Source: an uncultured virus (IMG/VR IMGVR_UViG_3300020357_000003) (Duplodnaviria; Heunggongvirae; Uroviricota; Caudoviricetes). From it: a stretch of DNA of 64,000 nt. This document shows positions 9,866 through 19,654 of this stretch, one piece after another (within the stretch, counting starts at the first letter, position 1; each line of letters starts with the position of its first letter). The translations under genes and the position numbers were made by a program. Location: the IMG/VR virus record IMGVR_UViG_3300020357_000003; one strand, 5' to 3'. The notes under the pieces are model-generated. The model had not been told where the DNA came from. It was given only the letters and a program-made list of their open reading frames with translations, and did not search any database.

Positions 9866-10234
9866 CTAGGACGTAGATACGCCTTTTTTTCGTTGATATC
9901 TCTCCCATGAGGACTTTCTTTGTGAAACTCTATAGCATTGGTGGCCGCAGTACTTAGCGCACTTATTAGATTTTACTACTTCTTTATGGCAAACAATACA
10001 TTTAATATTGTATTTTTTAGTAATTTTATGAGTTCGTTTAATCCAAGGCCGTAAACCCTTTTTTTCATAGGGTTTTGATTCTTTGGTAATCATGTTATCC
10101 CAATGTTTTCTTTCAGTCGGAGACAAATACCAATCTTCTTTATTTGTTTCATTGTATAACTCTAGGGCTTTTTCCTTTGGAATTTCTTCCTTTAATACTC
10201 CATCTGGTGAGTAAATTCTAATTCCACTAATCAT
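9866..10234 (-). CDS. C4 zinc-finger protein
   Basis: CIVC...YCGHQC; N-terminal IRIYSPDGVL shared with two paralogues. Confidence 0.65.
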   Translation of the reverse strand: MISGIRIYSPDGVLKEEIPKEKALELYNETNKEDWYLSPTERKHWDNMITKESKPYEKKGLRPWIKRTHKITKKYNIKCIVCHKEVVKSNKCAKYCGHQCYRVSQRKSSWERYQRKKGVSTS

Positions 10235-11220
10235 AAATGTAACCTCCCACTCATTTGCATATCTTTTGCTTGGCTACATACTTCTACCACTGAGCAATAA
10301 CGACATGCTTTGACTTCTCCTGGAACTGTTCGAATCATACCTACATCTCCATCCTGAGATTTTCGTTGTAATGCTTCGTCCATTGTTGCGAAGTTTTTAG
10401 TTGATCTATCTGTCTTAGCTGGATTTTTATAATATTTAAATACTTCATCAGTTGCCCATAATTCTTCATCAGTACATTCAGGAAAAATGCTGGAATTTTG
10501 GGGCTGATCTAGTAGTGCTTCAACTCGTTGTAATTTGCTACTGATCCAGTTTTCTGTTTCTTGAACACTCCATAATGGATAAGATTTATGGGCTGTCCTA
10601 AATGGAGGATAGTCCTTTGTTTCTCTAGCTTTAGATGGTGACCAATCCGTAAAAATATAATTAATATTAATAATATCTTCTGTAATTTTATCTGGATTAA
10701 GCCATTTATAAATACTGCCTTGTTTAACATATTTATCTCTATCACTATCATAAATATACTTCCAAACCGTAGCAGATTTATAATCATTTACAGTTCCTGC
10801 TAATACTAAATCAAATTGACCAGAAATAATAAATCCATCTATTTCTTTTTCTACTCTTTGTTCTACGTATATTGGCATATCTCCAGGTTTTACTTCTGTA
10901 GGATTTATTTTTACGTTTCTTACAGCACTGTCTCCTGCACCTAATGTTCTTAAAGCTTCTCTTACCGTATCTTCATTTTTCCATGCTGCTTCACAAGCAG
11001 AATGTATAGCAGATCCCATACGAGCTGCACCCATGTCGGCAATATCTACGGTTTTATTTAGATCTTTATGTTGCATAGAGAGCACTAGTTCACGCAAAGG
11101 TTTTAATAAACTAGTAGCACTAATAGCATTAGGCCTATCATCATAAGCATATGTATCGTTCAATAAAAATACTGCTAATGGTAATGTAAGATTATTCTTA
11201 TTTGTATATTTAAATGCCAT
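10231..11220 (-). CDS. PD-(D/E)XK exonuclease (N4 gp42-like)
   Basis: ISATSL, GSAIH, ISGQFDLV...DYKS, QGSIY, C-terminal CRYC-C. Confidence 0.8.
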   Translation of the reverse strand: MAFKYTNKNNLTLPLAVFLLNDTYAYDDRPNAISATSLLKPLRELVLSMQHKDLNKTVDIADMGAARMGSAIHSACEAAWKNEDTVREALRTLGAGDSAVRNVKINPTEVKPGDMPIYVEQRVEKEIDGFIISGQFDLVLAGTVNDYKSATVWKYIYDSDRDKYVKQGSIYKWLNPDKITEDIININYIFTDWSPSKARETKDYPPFRTAHKSYPLWSVQETENWISSKLQRVEALLDQPQNSSIFPECTDEELWATDEVFKYYKNPAKTDRSTKNFATMDEALQRKSQDGDVGMIRTVPGEVKACRYCSVVEVCSQAKDMQMSGRLHL

Positions 11221-11223
11221 TAA

Positions 11224-11454
11224 CTATCTCCTCTTAAGTGGAAATGCGGTTGCAAATTTTAGTATTATTTTATCTATTACTCTAATTTCTGCATCGTAAC
11301 CACCATCCTCATCATCACCATATTCTTTGATGTGTTGGACTAAATTACTATGTAGCTTCTCTAATGCTTCTTGTATAAATAATGATTCTCCTTTTGTGAA
11401 AGTTAAGGTTACTTTATTTTTTGAGTTATCAATGCTACCGTATGTCATTGCCAT
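11224..11454 (-). CDS. hypothetical protein
   Basis: ORF in packed operon. Confidence 0.55.
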   Translation of the reverse strand: MAMTYGSIDNSKNKVTLTFTKGESLFIQEALEKLHSNLVQHIKEYGDDEDGGYDAEIRVIDKIILKFATAFPLKRR

Positions 11455-11749
11455 TTAGTAGTTTCTCCGTTTTAAGTTCTTTAAGTTTTTGCTCATAGTC
11501 ACTTCCTTTAGGTAATGGTACTAACTCAATAAGATTACAGTTAGCATATTCATGTTTATTTACTCCGCCAAATAGCTTACTATATCTACGATATACGCAT
11601 TCTTCCTCTGGTACTTTATACCATCTAGGTAGCCATTCAGCTTCAACTTGTTCACTGCCTATACACAAGTATTTAATATTATCACCTAAATATCTTCCAT
11701 AATACGGTGGTTCCCAATCGTCTGGAAGCATACTTTTAACGTATCCCAT
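11435..11749 (-). CDS. hypothetical protein
   Basis: AGGAG RBS. Confidence 0.6.
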   Translation of the reverse strand: MGYVKSMLPDDWEPPYYGRYLGDNIKYLCIGSEQVEAEWLPRWYKVPEEECVYRRYSKLFGGVNKHEYANCNLIELVPLPKGSDYEQKLKELKTEKLLNGNDIR

Positions 11750-11757
11750 GACTTCTC

Positions 11758-13053
11758 CTAACTATTGATATATACATTAGTAGTTGCTCTAGTCAGAGCT
11801 ACATAAAATAATCGTGCTCGTGTAGCTGGATTCCTACATTTATTTATATTTAATCTATCTATAAAAACAGCTGGAAATGTGCCTCCTTGAGCTTTATGGG
11901 TAGTACCAGCAAACGGTGGTCTTAGATCTGCTAATGAATTTTTTAGTTTATAAAAATTAACCCAATTGTCTTTGGTTTTATGCTTAATCGCTATATCTTT
12001 ATACTTTTTAAGGATTGTATCTGCAGCAGATTTGGATACAGGACTGAATACTTTCTTCATATCTGTTTTTGAATACGTATTAAATTCACCTTTTACTGTA
12101 ACTATGTATCCAGGAATTTCGCACTGTTCTGCTTGTATGTAGTCGCATACATGAACTGTTTCGTTATTTGTCAGTATAGTTCTGTTCCCTTCCATAACAA
12201 CACTATTAGCAATTAATCGTTCTCCTTTATAAAAAGGTTCTAGGTTTTCTTCTAGAAAATATGCCGCTTTACGTATCATGCTATTGTAATTAATTGCTGA
12301 ATCATTTGTATATGTACATAAAGGAACATCTACATCTGTTCCTGCTGTATAGTCCATATATTTTTCTACAAACTTAGTTACAAATTGTTTATGAGGTAAT
12401 ATATGAATTCCTTCTCCTTGCGAATTTAAACAAGTTTCTAATATAGGTTCTGGTGCTTCATTTTCCAAGAACTTTCGGTATTCTGTAGCTTTACTAAGAA
12501 TTGGGTTTCCTCCAGCTTGCCTGTGTACTTGTTTTAATGGGAATGTAGTTAAAGATCCATCAAATATGCTACACCTATCAACTGGTGGTGGTAATTGAAA
12601 CGGATCTCCAACAAACAGCATTTTTAGATTTCTATGCTGTACTATATCTACAATTGCTTCTAAAAATTTGTTACCAATCATGGACGCCTCATCTATTATA
12701 ACAATAGATTCAAATGGTATTTCACATATGCCTACTTTTGTAAGATCTTCTCGGCCAGATTTTCCTACGCTAGGGCGTAATTTAAATAGTCCATGTCCCG
12801 TATATACAGTTTCTCCTACTACCTGTTCTAATACATGTGCAGCCCTATGAGTTGTTGCACATAATGAAATTTTAATTAAAGGATCTATACCTCTTAATCT
12901 TTCGATAACTTCACCAATTACTGTAGTTTTGCCAGTACCTGCCGCTCCTGTTAATACATTAATGATAGGTGACTTATTTACTGACTTACTTGTGAATGAA
13001 CTACATATGTTATCAATTGCTGTTATTTGATCCTGGGTAAATTGAAAAGACAC
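11758..13053 (-). CDS. SF1B (RecD/Dda-like) DNA helicase
   Basis: GAAGTGKT, IIDEASM, VGDPFQLPP, HRQ, TTHKAQG, YVALTRA. Confidence 0.92.
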   Translation of the reverse strand: MSFQFTQDQITAIDNICSSFTSKSVNKSPIINVLTGAAGTGKTTVIGEVIERLRGIDPLIKISLCATTHRAAHVLEQVVGETVYTGHGLFKLRPSVGKSGREDLTKVGICEIPFESIVIIDEASMIGNKFLEAIVDIVQHRNLKMLFVGDPFQLPPPVDRCSIFDGSLTTFPLKQVHRQAGGNPILSKATEYRKFLENEAPEPILETCLNSQGEGIHILPHKQFVTKFVEKYMDYTAGTDVDVPLCTYTNDSAINYNSMIRKAAYFLEENLEPFYKGERLIANSVVMEGNRTILTNNETVHVCDYIQAEQCEIPGYIVTVKGEFNTYSKTDMKKVFSPVSKSAADTILKKYKDIAIKHKTKDNWVNFYKLKNSLADLRPPFAGTTHKAQGGTFPAVFIDRLNINKCRNPATRARLFYVALTRATTNVYINS

Positions 13054-13065
13054 TTCTAATCTCCT

Positions 13066-13224
13066 TTATATAGAGTTCTTAATCTCAATAAGATGTATTG
13101 AAATCATTCCTACATGTTCTTTAATATCGTTTAGTTCGTCATTAAGTTCACTTAACTGTATTTCGAGTGCTGTAGTTAGCTGGGTAATAGCTGCAATTAA
13201 CTGTTCGGCATCACTTTGGTGCAT
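13066..13224 (-). CDS. 52-aa coiled-coil protein (not in ORF track)
   Basis: MHQSDAEQLIAAITQLTTALEIQLSELNDELNDIKEHVGMISIHLIEIKNSI; GAGGAG RBS; fills the polymerase-helicase gap. Confidence 0.6.
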   Translation of the reverse strand: MHQSDAEQLIAAITQLTTALEIQLSELNDELNDIKEHVGMISIHLIEIKNSI

Positions 13225-15650
13225 GTTTCTATCTCCTCTATAGTTGCATTGTTATTTAGTGGAACTAAGGTATCCCAAGACTTTCCTATTTCTAGCGAAG
13301 CTTCCATAGGAACGTCTTTAGATCTAATAATTTCATCATTATTCCATTCCATTTCTTCAATTAGTACATCATTTAAAAATTTTATATATTTTGGTTCTTT
13401 TTGTACTAAAAAGTACCCTGCATCATGAATCATATTACACGGTAAAATATTCATACCGTAACCAGCTTGCTCTATTCGTGTATTAGTCGCATTCATAGCT
13501 CTGTTAAGTAGCATTCCCCAAGATTGGGTTATTGCATTGTTAGCACTACGAGCTTCTTTATCTGCTTCATATGGAGTTCTGGAATTTCCTAGAATGCACT
13601 GAGATATAATTGGAGTTCTTAATTTTAATCCAAATGCACATTCTACGTATCCGTGCTTCTCCATAAATTTTTTATTTTTTAAATTAAATTCATCAGATAC
13701 TTTATAAAGGTCATGAAATGCTTTTTCTATTTCTTGAGCTTTCTCTTTGGAAAACCCGCATCTTTTATGAAGAGTATGCCAAGTACCCATATATTGCAGA
13801 GCGAATGTGGGAGCTTTAGAATCGAACCTTAGTTCTGGATACTTCTTTTTAATAGAGTTAATGCTATAAATATTATTTGGATCTATGTCGGGCATTTGAT
13901 CTGTAAAATATTTATACGCTCTCATAGAATGACCATCTAAACCTTCGGTGTAGACTTTAATCCTATTAGGATCTCCACTTAAGATAGAGCCTATTTTTTC
14001 TTCTAGTGCATCAAAATCAGCCCCTGCAAAGAGCCATCCTGGAGGAGCAACAATACAACTTTTTATTAACTTACCCATGGCGCCATGAGCGGGAAGATTA
14101 GTTAGATTAGGCGAGTTACTAGCTAATCTCCCTGATTGTGTACCTCCTAATTTAAGATTGCCATGTAGGAAATCTTTTTCTTTCATAAATGCTTTAATAA
14201 ATGTTCCATTAATTTTTGTTACTTCAGCCAACTTTTTTATAGATTCTAAAAGATCTAAAATACTACTATCGGTCGTATGATTAGTTAAGTCCGTAAGTAT
14301 GTCCCCTCCTGTTGTTGGGGCACCTCCTTTAGTTTTATCTAATATTGGTAATTTTAAATAGTCAAATAATAAACTACCTAGTTGACTATGACTACTTGGA
14401 TTGAATTGTATGTCTGTGAAGTCATCAAAAGGTTTAATTAATTTTTTTAATTGGGAATTGGCTAATTCCCATGCTCGTGTTTGAAGTTCTTTATTAAATT
14501 TTTTTATATATTTATTTTCTTGTATTTGTTCTTGTAGTACTTTCGCTTTAGCCTGTAAAATATTATGTACTTCATCTACACGATCTGAATCCATTGGTAA
14601 TCCAACTAACATCATCTTTAGTAAAGTATATAAACTGGGTTTAAATATTTCTCTATATGGTCTAGAGTGTCGTTCTTTTTTATATTTTTCATAAACGTAG
14701 AACGTAGCCAAAGCATCTATTAAATTGTATTGTAAAATTTCTTGTTTTGTATGTTTAGCAACATCTGTAACGTCTAGAGAATATTTTCCTACATACTCTA
14801 AAGCTATATCTTTTAATCCAAGAGATACAGGAGTAGTAGCATTTTTAGCTAAGTACGCCATTACCATGGTGTCATCAAAGTCTTTAAAGTACTGTAGTCC
14901 TTCCAGCATTCCTGCATAATCTGTTGCATTCTTCATCCATAAATTTCGTATAAGAATTTTGGCGTCAAACAATCCGTTATGGAATATCATACGGCCTGGA
15001 TAAGTTTCTATAAATTTTTTCAGGTACCATGTTCCGTTAATAGATAGATCAATTGCTACTCCATCATGTTTAGTCCAAGCGAACGCAATAGATATAAGTT
15101 CAGTATCTAGTTCTAAGCCCGTAGTCTCTATGTCTACTGTTAGTAATGAATGTTGATATAAACTATCTAAAATTTCTCTGTCTTCTCCATAAGTAAATCC
15201 ATATTCAGCTGAGTTAATCAAAACACTATTAGATGTTCCTGCAATGGCCTTAAGTCCTAAAGCTATTAATTGAGCATTTTCTGGTTGTTTAAATAAAGAT
15301 TTATAATTTGGAACATATACGCAATCATAGTTGACGTATTTAGAAATAGCCCCTTTGAGAGTTGTGCCGTAATGCTCAGATATCTTGCTAGTTCGAGTAA
15401 TAAATTTAAAATAACTACTGTCGGCAACAATTAACTTTGTGACAGTATCTGGTATTTTACTTCTTAATTTTATTAAATAGGCTTTAGCAGTTTTAGCGAT
15501 TATTTTATTTGGAGTATTGTATAAGAGAGGAAGTACTAATACAGAACCTGGTAATATTCCTTCTTTTTTTAGAGGATCTAAGTAATAACTGCGAATGTCT
15601 TTAGTTTCTAATGCTGATTCTTTAATAAGTATTACTGTAGTGGTCGACAT
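13197..15650 (-). CDS. family A DNA polymerase with 3'-5' exonuclease
   Basis: VDIETTG, FHNGLFD, YNLIDA; SGRLASNSPNL, ADFDALE, KAPTFALQY, IHDA. Confidence 0.95.
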   Translation of the reverse strand: MSTTTVILIKESALETKDIRSYYLDPLKKEGILPGSVLVLPLLYNTPNKIIAKTAKAYLIKLRSKIPDTVTKLIVADSSYFKFITRTSKISEHYGTTLKGAISKYVNYDCVYVPNYKSLFKQPENAQLIALGLKAIAGTSNSVLINSAEYGFTYGEDREILDSLYQHSLLTVDIETTGLELDTELISIAFAWTKHDGVAIDLSINGTWYLKKFIETYPGRMIFHNGLFDAKILIRNLWMKNATDYAGMLEGLQYFKDFDDTMVMAYLAKNATTPVSLGLKDIALEYVGKYSLDVTDVAKHTKQEILQYNLIDALATFYVYEKYKKERHSRPYREIFKPSLYTLLKMMLVGLPMDSDRVDEVHNILQAKAKVLQEQIQENKYIKKFNKELQTRAWELANSQLKKLIKPFDDFTDIQFNPSSHSQLGSLLFDYLKLPILDKTKGGAPTTGGDILTDLTNHTTDSSILDLLESIKKLAEVTKINGTFIKAFMKEKDFLHGNLKLGGTQSGRLASNSPNLTNLPAHGAMGKLIKSCIVAPPGWLFAGADFDALEEKIGSILSGDPNRIKVYTEGLDGHSMRAYKYFTDQMPDIDPNNIYSINSIKKKYPELRFDSKAPTFALQYMGTWHTLHKRCGFSKEKAQEIEKAFHDLYKVSDEFNLKNKKFMEKHGYVECAFGLKLRTPIISQCILGNSRTPYEADKEARSANNAITQSWGMLLNRAMNATNTRIEQAGYGMNILPCNMIHDAGYFLVQKEPKYIKFLNDVLIEEMEWNNDEIIRSKDVPMEASLEIGKSWDTLVPLNNNATIEEIETCTKVMPNS

Positions 15651-16743
15651 AAATAGTTTCCCCAATTGGTGCGGGTTGATGATTAGAATTACATATCCAT
15701 AAAATTGGGTAATTTACTGGATTTAGATCATCTTCACCAAATAGATCCGTAAAATAGATTAAAGCTTGTGTTGGATGCTCTTCGACATAATCTAATACAG
15801 GTTGAAAACTTGTTCCTCCCCCTCCAGCAAATTCTAATTCCATAATATCTGTATTTTGGTCTACGTTATGTATTTGATGAATCTGTGAGTCACAATCAAT
15901 AATTGTCATCTGTTCAGGATTAAATACTTGTTGTATTCCTTTAATCTCACTGAGCATTTCTTGAAGTTCGTTATCTTCAATGCTACCACTGGTATCAATA
16001 GCAAATGTTAGATGTCCTAAACCATTACTGTGTAAACTAGGCATATAGTCTGTACTGTATCTGCGATTTCGTCTTTGCCAGGAATACTCTTCTTTAATGC
16101 GTCTATCTAAAAATTTTTGTAATAGTACTTGCCAAGGTAGTTTAGGATTTATTAATTCATCTACGATCCTCAGTATTTCATCTGGAATTTCGTCCCTACT
16201 TCGTCCTGCCATTTGTGATTGAGTACGGGCTTTAACAATAATATTGGTAACGTCAGAATGTCTGCTAAGGCACTCCTTTTCGTCTCCATCGTCTTCCCGT
16301 AGATCTAACATTAGTTCTCCTGGATCAAATTCCTTTTCTTCCTTAATAAGATCATCGTAAACTTTTTCTGTAGTCCATTCTTCATCATATTTTTTGTTTA
16401 GTAATCCTCCAGTAGGTATGTCAAATCCTGCTTTTGTAAGCATGTGATTAATAATATAGTCACCTGCACAATTCCAAATCAAAGGGTCTTTATTTCCTCT
16501 TCTAGCTAAATGCTGAAAAGCTACATGCCAACATTCATGAGCTACTAAGCCAGCAAATTGTACAGTAGTCTGTTTTTCAATAAATTCTGGATTATAACGA
16601 ATAGTAGTTCCACTAACGTCAGCTGTTTTACATTGATCTGTAATTACGTGCTTCATGCTTAAAGCAATTGTAGATATGAATGCTGACCTAGTCATTAACT
16701 CTATTTTCGCTTTAAGTAACTTACCTTCTAAATCTGTAGACAT
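15622..16743 (-). CDS. HExxH metallopeptidase-like + vWA protein (N4 gp25-like)
   Basis: HECWH, WNCAGD, MIDAS DTSGS, GGGGT, YFTD. Confidence 0.88.
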   Translation of the reverse strand: MSTDLEGKLLKAKIELMTRSAFISTIALSMKHVITDQCKTADVSGTTIRYNPEFIEKQTTVQFAGLVAHECWHVAFQHLARRGNKDPLIWNCAGDYIINHMLTKAGFDIPTGGLLNKKYDEEWTTEKVYDDLIKEEKEFDPGELMLDLREDDGDEKECLSRHSDVTNIIVKARTQSQMAGRSRDEIPDEILRIVDELINPKLPWQVLLQKFLDRRIKEEYSWQRRNRRYSTDYMPSLHSNGLGHLTFAIDTSGSIEDNELQEMLSEIKGIQQVFNPEQMTIIDCDSQIHQIHNVDQNTDIMELEFAGGGGTSFQPVLDYVEEHPTQALIYFTDLFGEDDLNPVNYPILWICNSNHQPAPIGETIYVDHYSNTY

Positions 16744-17642
16744 TACATGTCCTCCGGGATTCTCATTCCTATGTATACTGGATGTCTTGGAGCTTCCTTA
16801 ACACCAATATCAAAGTATTTGTACTTAACAGTTTGGCCTATTAAATCTTCTTTATGTTCCCACAATTGATTTCTTACGTTATCACTAAAACCTGTTCCAA
16901 TGTTGAATTGAACTCCGCTATATACATCCTTGACTACAAGTGCTCCTAGAGTACCTTTAGGACTTTTATTAGCTTTATGAGATGAACGTTGACCTCTTCC
17001 TAATTCGTTAACCTTCTTCTCATTATTATTTTTCATTTGTTCTTCCATAGCAAGGATCCTTGCTTCTGAATCATTAAATCGTTTTACTTTAATTAAGCCA
17101 CCTTCTTTAGCTGTAGATCTGCCGTGCTTATACAAAGCACTTGGATCTCTTAGGATTACTCCTTCATACCCAACTGATAAACAATCCGTTTCATAATCCT
17201 GTAACTGTCCCATGTTCGTAACAGTTTCATAACTGAGTATATTAGTAAATCCTGTTTGTTGTGGGCATAATTGATGAACTATGTCCATACGATCTGCATA
17301 AGGCATAGTCGGGTAGAGAAATGTATCAAATACCCAAAATGTAAACTTAAACTCTTTGTTTTCGCTCATAACTTTACTACAGGTGTTGCGGTAAACATCA
17401 CCATCTGTAGGAGCACCTACAATTAATTCTCCATCTAAACCAGTCAATTCTTTTCGTCCTAGTAACGATTGAACGTGCTTGTTACGAATTGGTTTCAATG
17501 ATCTAGATAAAGCCACTCCATCTTGTATCATACAACGAATACCATCTAATTTTGGTGATGCATGTAGCTTTCCAAATTTTTTAAATAGTTCTCTAAGCTG
17601 ATCGTCTGTAGCTTTTCCTGCTAACATTGGTTTTAAATTCAT
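16743..17642 (-). CDS. ATP-dependent DNA ligase
   Basis: KLDGIR, LDGEL, VFD, EGVILR, LIKVK, IGTGF, PRHP. Confidence 0.93.
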   Translation of the reverse strand: MNLKPMLAGKATDDQLRELFKKFGKLHASPKLDGIRCMIQDGVALSRSLKPIRNKHVQSLLGRKELTGLDGELIVGAPTDGDVYRNTCSKVMSENKEFKFTFWVFDTFLYPTMPYADRMDIVHQLCPQQTGFTNILSYETVTNMGQLQDYETDCLSVGYEGVILRDPSALYKHGRSTAKEGGLIKVKRFNDSEARILAMEEQMKNNNEKKVNELGRGQRSSHKANKSPKGTLGALVVKDVYSGVQFNIGTGFSDNVRNQLWEHKEDLIGQTVKYKYFDIGVKEAPRHPVYIGMRIPEDM

Positions 17643-17653
17643 GTTGCCTCCTT

Positions 17654-18700
17654 TTAGGTATCGAATAATTCGCTAGCGTATTCTGCTTTCCATTCTTTAA
17701 TAACTGGGTGATCTTTTAATTCAGGACTTCTTTTATAAATGTCTCTTAGAGTAATTACTTGAAACTCAGTAGATAATTTTTTATTTGCTATAATTATTTT
17801 ATCAATAGTATCAATATTACAATTATGAGCTAATAACGTAGTGACTGCGTATTTTTCACTTGGTTCTTTTGGAACTTTCCATCCTGTTTTTGGATCCTTT
17901 AGTATTTGTTCAATTGTAGGCAAAGATTGATAAATTTCTGCAAATGTAGCTAATTCTACTGCCGCACCCTCTCCAACAGTACCTGCTAATCGTATCTTGT
18001 TAATTTGATCTATAGATGTTTCTCCTGAAATTACTTTAGATGCAAATTCCCAGGTACGTGGACACGGAAACGTTAATTCATTTGTTGATGGATCAAATTT
18101 ATGTAAAATCTCAGGTTTGAACTTAATTAATGAAATAATTCTATGATCTATATTATTTTTGTTAGCCCAGTCAATCCATACGTTATGATCAATTCTCATA
18201 CGATAATGATGTAATCTAGACGTAGTAGCTGTGCTTTGTGTATTTACAATTGCTCTATCTGTAGTTAAATTTCCTGCTGCGGCTATTAAACATCTGTCAT
18301 GAAGTTTATGTTTATATACTTCACGATCTAAAATTAATTTATATGCTGCTGCCTCCGTTTGCTTAGTTCCTGAATTAAACTCATCCAGAAATAACAACCA
18401 ACCTTCATATCCTTCTGGTATTGAATCTGTTGTAATTGGAAAATATTCTGGAATGTGAAAAGTCATCCTTTTTAAAACTGGATTATTTACATCATCAATA
18501 GTGCCTGGGTATCCTTGCATATCTACTGGTTCACATTGAGATATTCTAAAATCAATTACTTTGAGTTTAAATAGCTTGGCAATATCACGAATAATGTCAG
18601 ATTTGCCCATCCCTGGACTAGAAGCTACCATAGGAGTTTGACCTATTCGAAAATCTCTAATTAGGGCTTCTCTTAATTCAACTGCATTCACCTCAAACAT
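17654..18700 (-). CDS. MoxR-like AAA+ ATPase (N4 gp24-like)
   Basis: SPGMGKS, LFLDEFN, AAGN, PRTWE. Confidence 0.88.
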   Translation of the reverse strand: MFEVNAVELREALIRDFRIGQTPMVASSPGMGKSDIIRDIAKLFKLKVIDFRISQCEPVDMQGYPGTIDDVNNPVLKRMTFHIPEYFPITTDSIPEGYEGWLLFLDEFNSGTKQTEAAAYKLILDREVYKHKLHDRCLIAAAGNLTTDRAIVNTQSTATTSRLHHYRMRIDHNVWIDWANKNNIDHRIISLIKFKPEILHKFDPSTNELTFPCPRTWEFASKVISGETSIDQINKIRLAGTVGEGAAVELATFAEIYQSLPTIEQILKDPKTGWKVPKEPSEKYAVTTLLAHNCNIDTIDKIIIANKKLSTEFQVITLRDIYKRSPELKDHPVIKEWKAEYASELFDT

Positions 18701-19311
18701 TAACTGTCCTCCAATAAGTTAGTTGTTAATCGTTCGTTAAGACCATCTGGAACTGTTGGTAAATTTGGATCTTCTTCTGGCTGTTTCCTTTTTGCTCTCG
18801 GTGGCTCAACGGGCAAGTATTTATGAAACGGTTTCGGCCATACTTTTCGTAATTGTTGGGATCCAGTAAACTTGTTAGTAGTCTGACTAAGGTATTGAGA
18901 CATTTCATGCTCTTCCCCATTTAATGCCAGCATATCTATACATAATTCTTCTGTTTCTGCTTTTAAATCAGTATGTAAGTCTTGTTCTGCCGCATAGTAA
19001 TGATCTGATACGGGATTAACTTCGTCTTTATTAAATTTACACTCCCATGCTTCATGAATTCTTTTATGATGGTCAACTTTTTCAGGGTTACACCCCCATG
19101 GATATGTCACTCTTACTTTATATTCTTTATGCCGAGTGACCATATCGTTTGGAAGTTCGTCTAAAAGATGTTTGTACTGGTTTAGCCAGATAAGCCTATT
19201 TCTCTCTGCTATATTTACCGATTTCTTGTGTAATTCCTCTTTTTTATTACCGTATAGATCTTTTAAAATTTTGTTTTTGATGTCATTTAATTCATGCCAA
19301 CTTAATCTCAT
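18700..19311 (-). CDS. hypothetical protein, possibly Nmad5-like
   Basis: helical protein with QLRKVWP...YLP motif. Confidence 0.45.
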   Translation of the reverse strand: MRLSWHELNDIKNKILKDLYGNKKEELHKKSVNIAERNRLIWLNQYKHLLDELPNDMVTRHKEYKVRVTYPWGCNPEKVDHHKRIHEAWECKFNKDEVNPVSDHYYAAEQDLHTDLKAETEELCIDMLALNGEEHEMSQYLSQTTNKFTGSQQLRKVWPKPFHKYLPVEPPRAKRKQPEEDPNLPTVPDGLNERLTTNLLEDS

Positions 19312-19505
19312 TTTGGTTCCTCCAGTAAATGTTCTAGTCTATATTCGTTAATTTGCTTCCTAACTTGGCAGATTGAACTATCATGTAAATCCGCCACATA
19401 TTTAAGGTTTTCAGCAATGGGTAGACCATCTTTAGTACAAGTATTTCCTAATCTCCAATGCTGACAAGCCTTTAATTCGCAGTATTTTACCACAAAATAC
19501 GACAT
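19308..19505 (-). CDS. small Cys-containing protein
   Basis: CELKACQHW...C...C; AGGAG RBS. Confidence 0.6.
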   Translation of the reverse strand: MSYFVVKYCELKACQHWRLGNTCTKDGLPIAENLKYVADLHDSSICQVRKQINEYRLEHLLEEPK

Positions 19506-19563
19506 TAAACTTCTCCTAGTTAATAGTTCACTATAGTTACTTTAGTACTATAATGTTAAGTAT

Positions 19564-19596
19564 AAAAAAAAATGACCTCCCCTTTCGGGGAGATCA
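19564..19596 (-). terminator. intrinsic terminator after the RNAP gene
   Basis: TGATCTCCCC GAAA GGGGAGGTCA followed by T9. Confidence 0.9.
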
Positions 19597-19654
19597 ATAA
19601 GGGTAGAATCCCCTTTATGTTGTTCGAGAGGTGAGAGCTCGAACAACCCAATGT

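Noticed and set aside
10231..11220. Cas4-like nuclease as a sign of CRISPR
   Set aside because: No array or other cas genes seen; it occupies the normal N4 gp42 position
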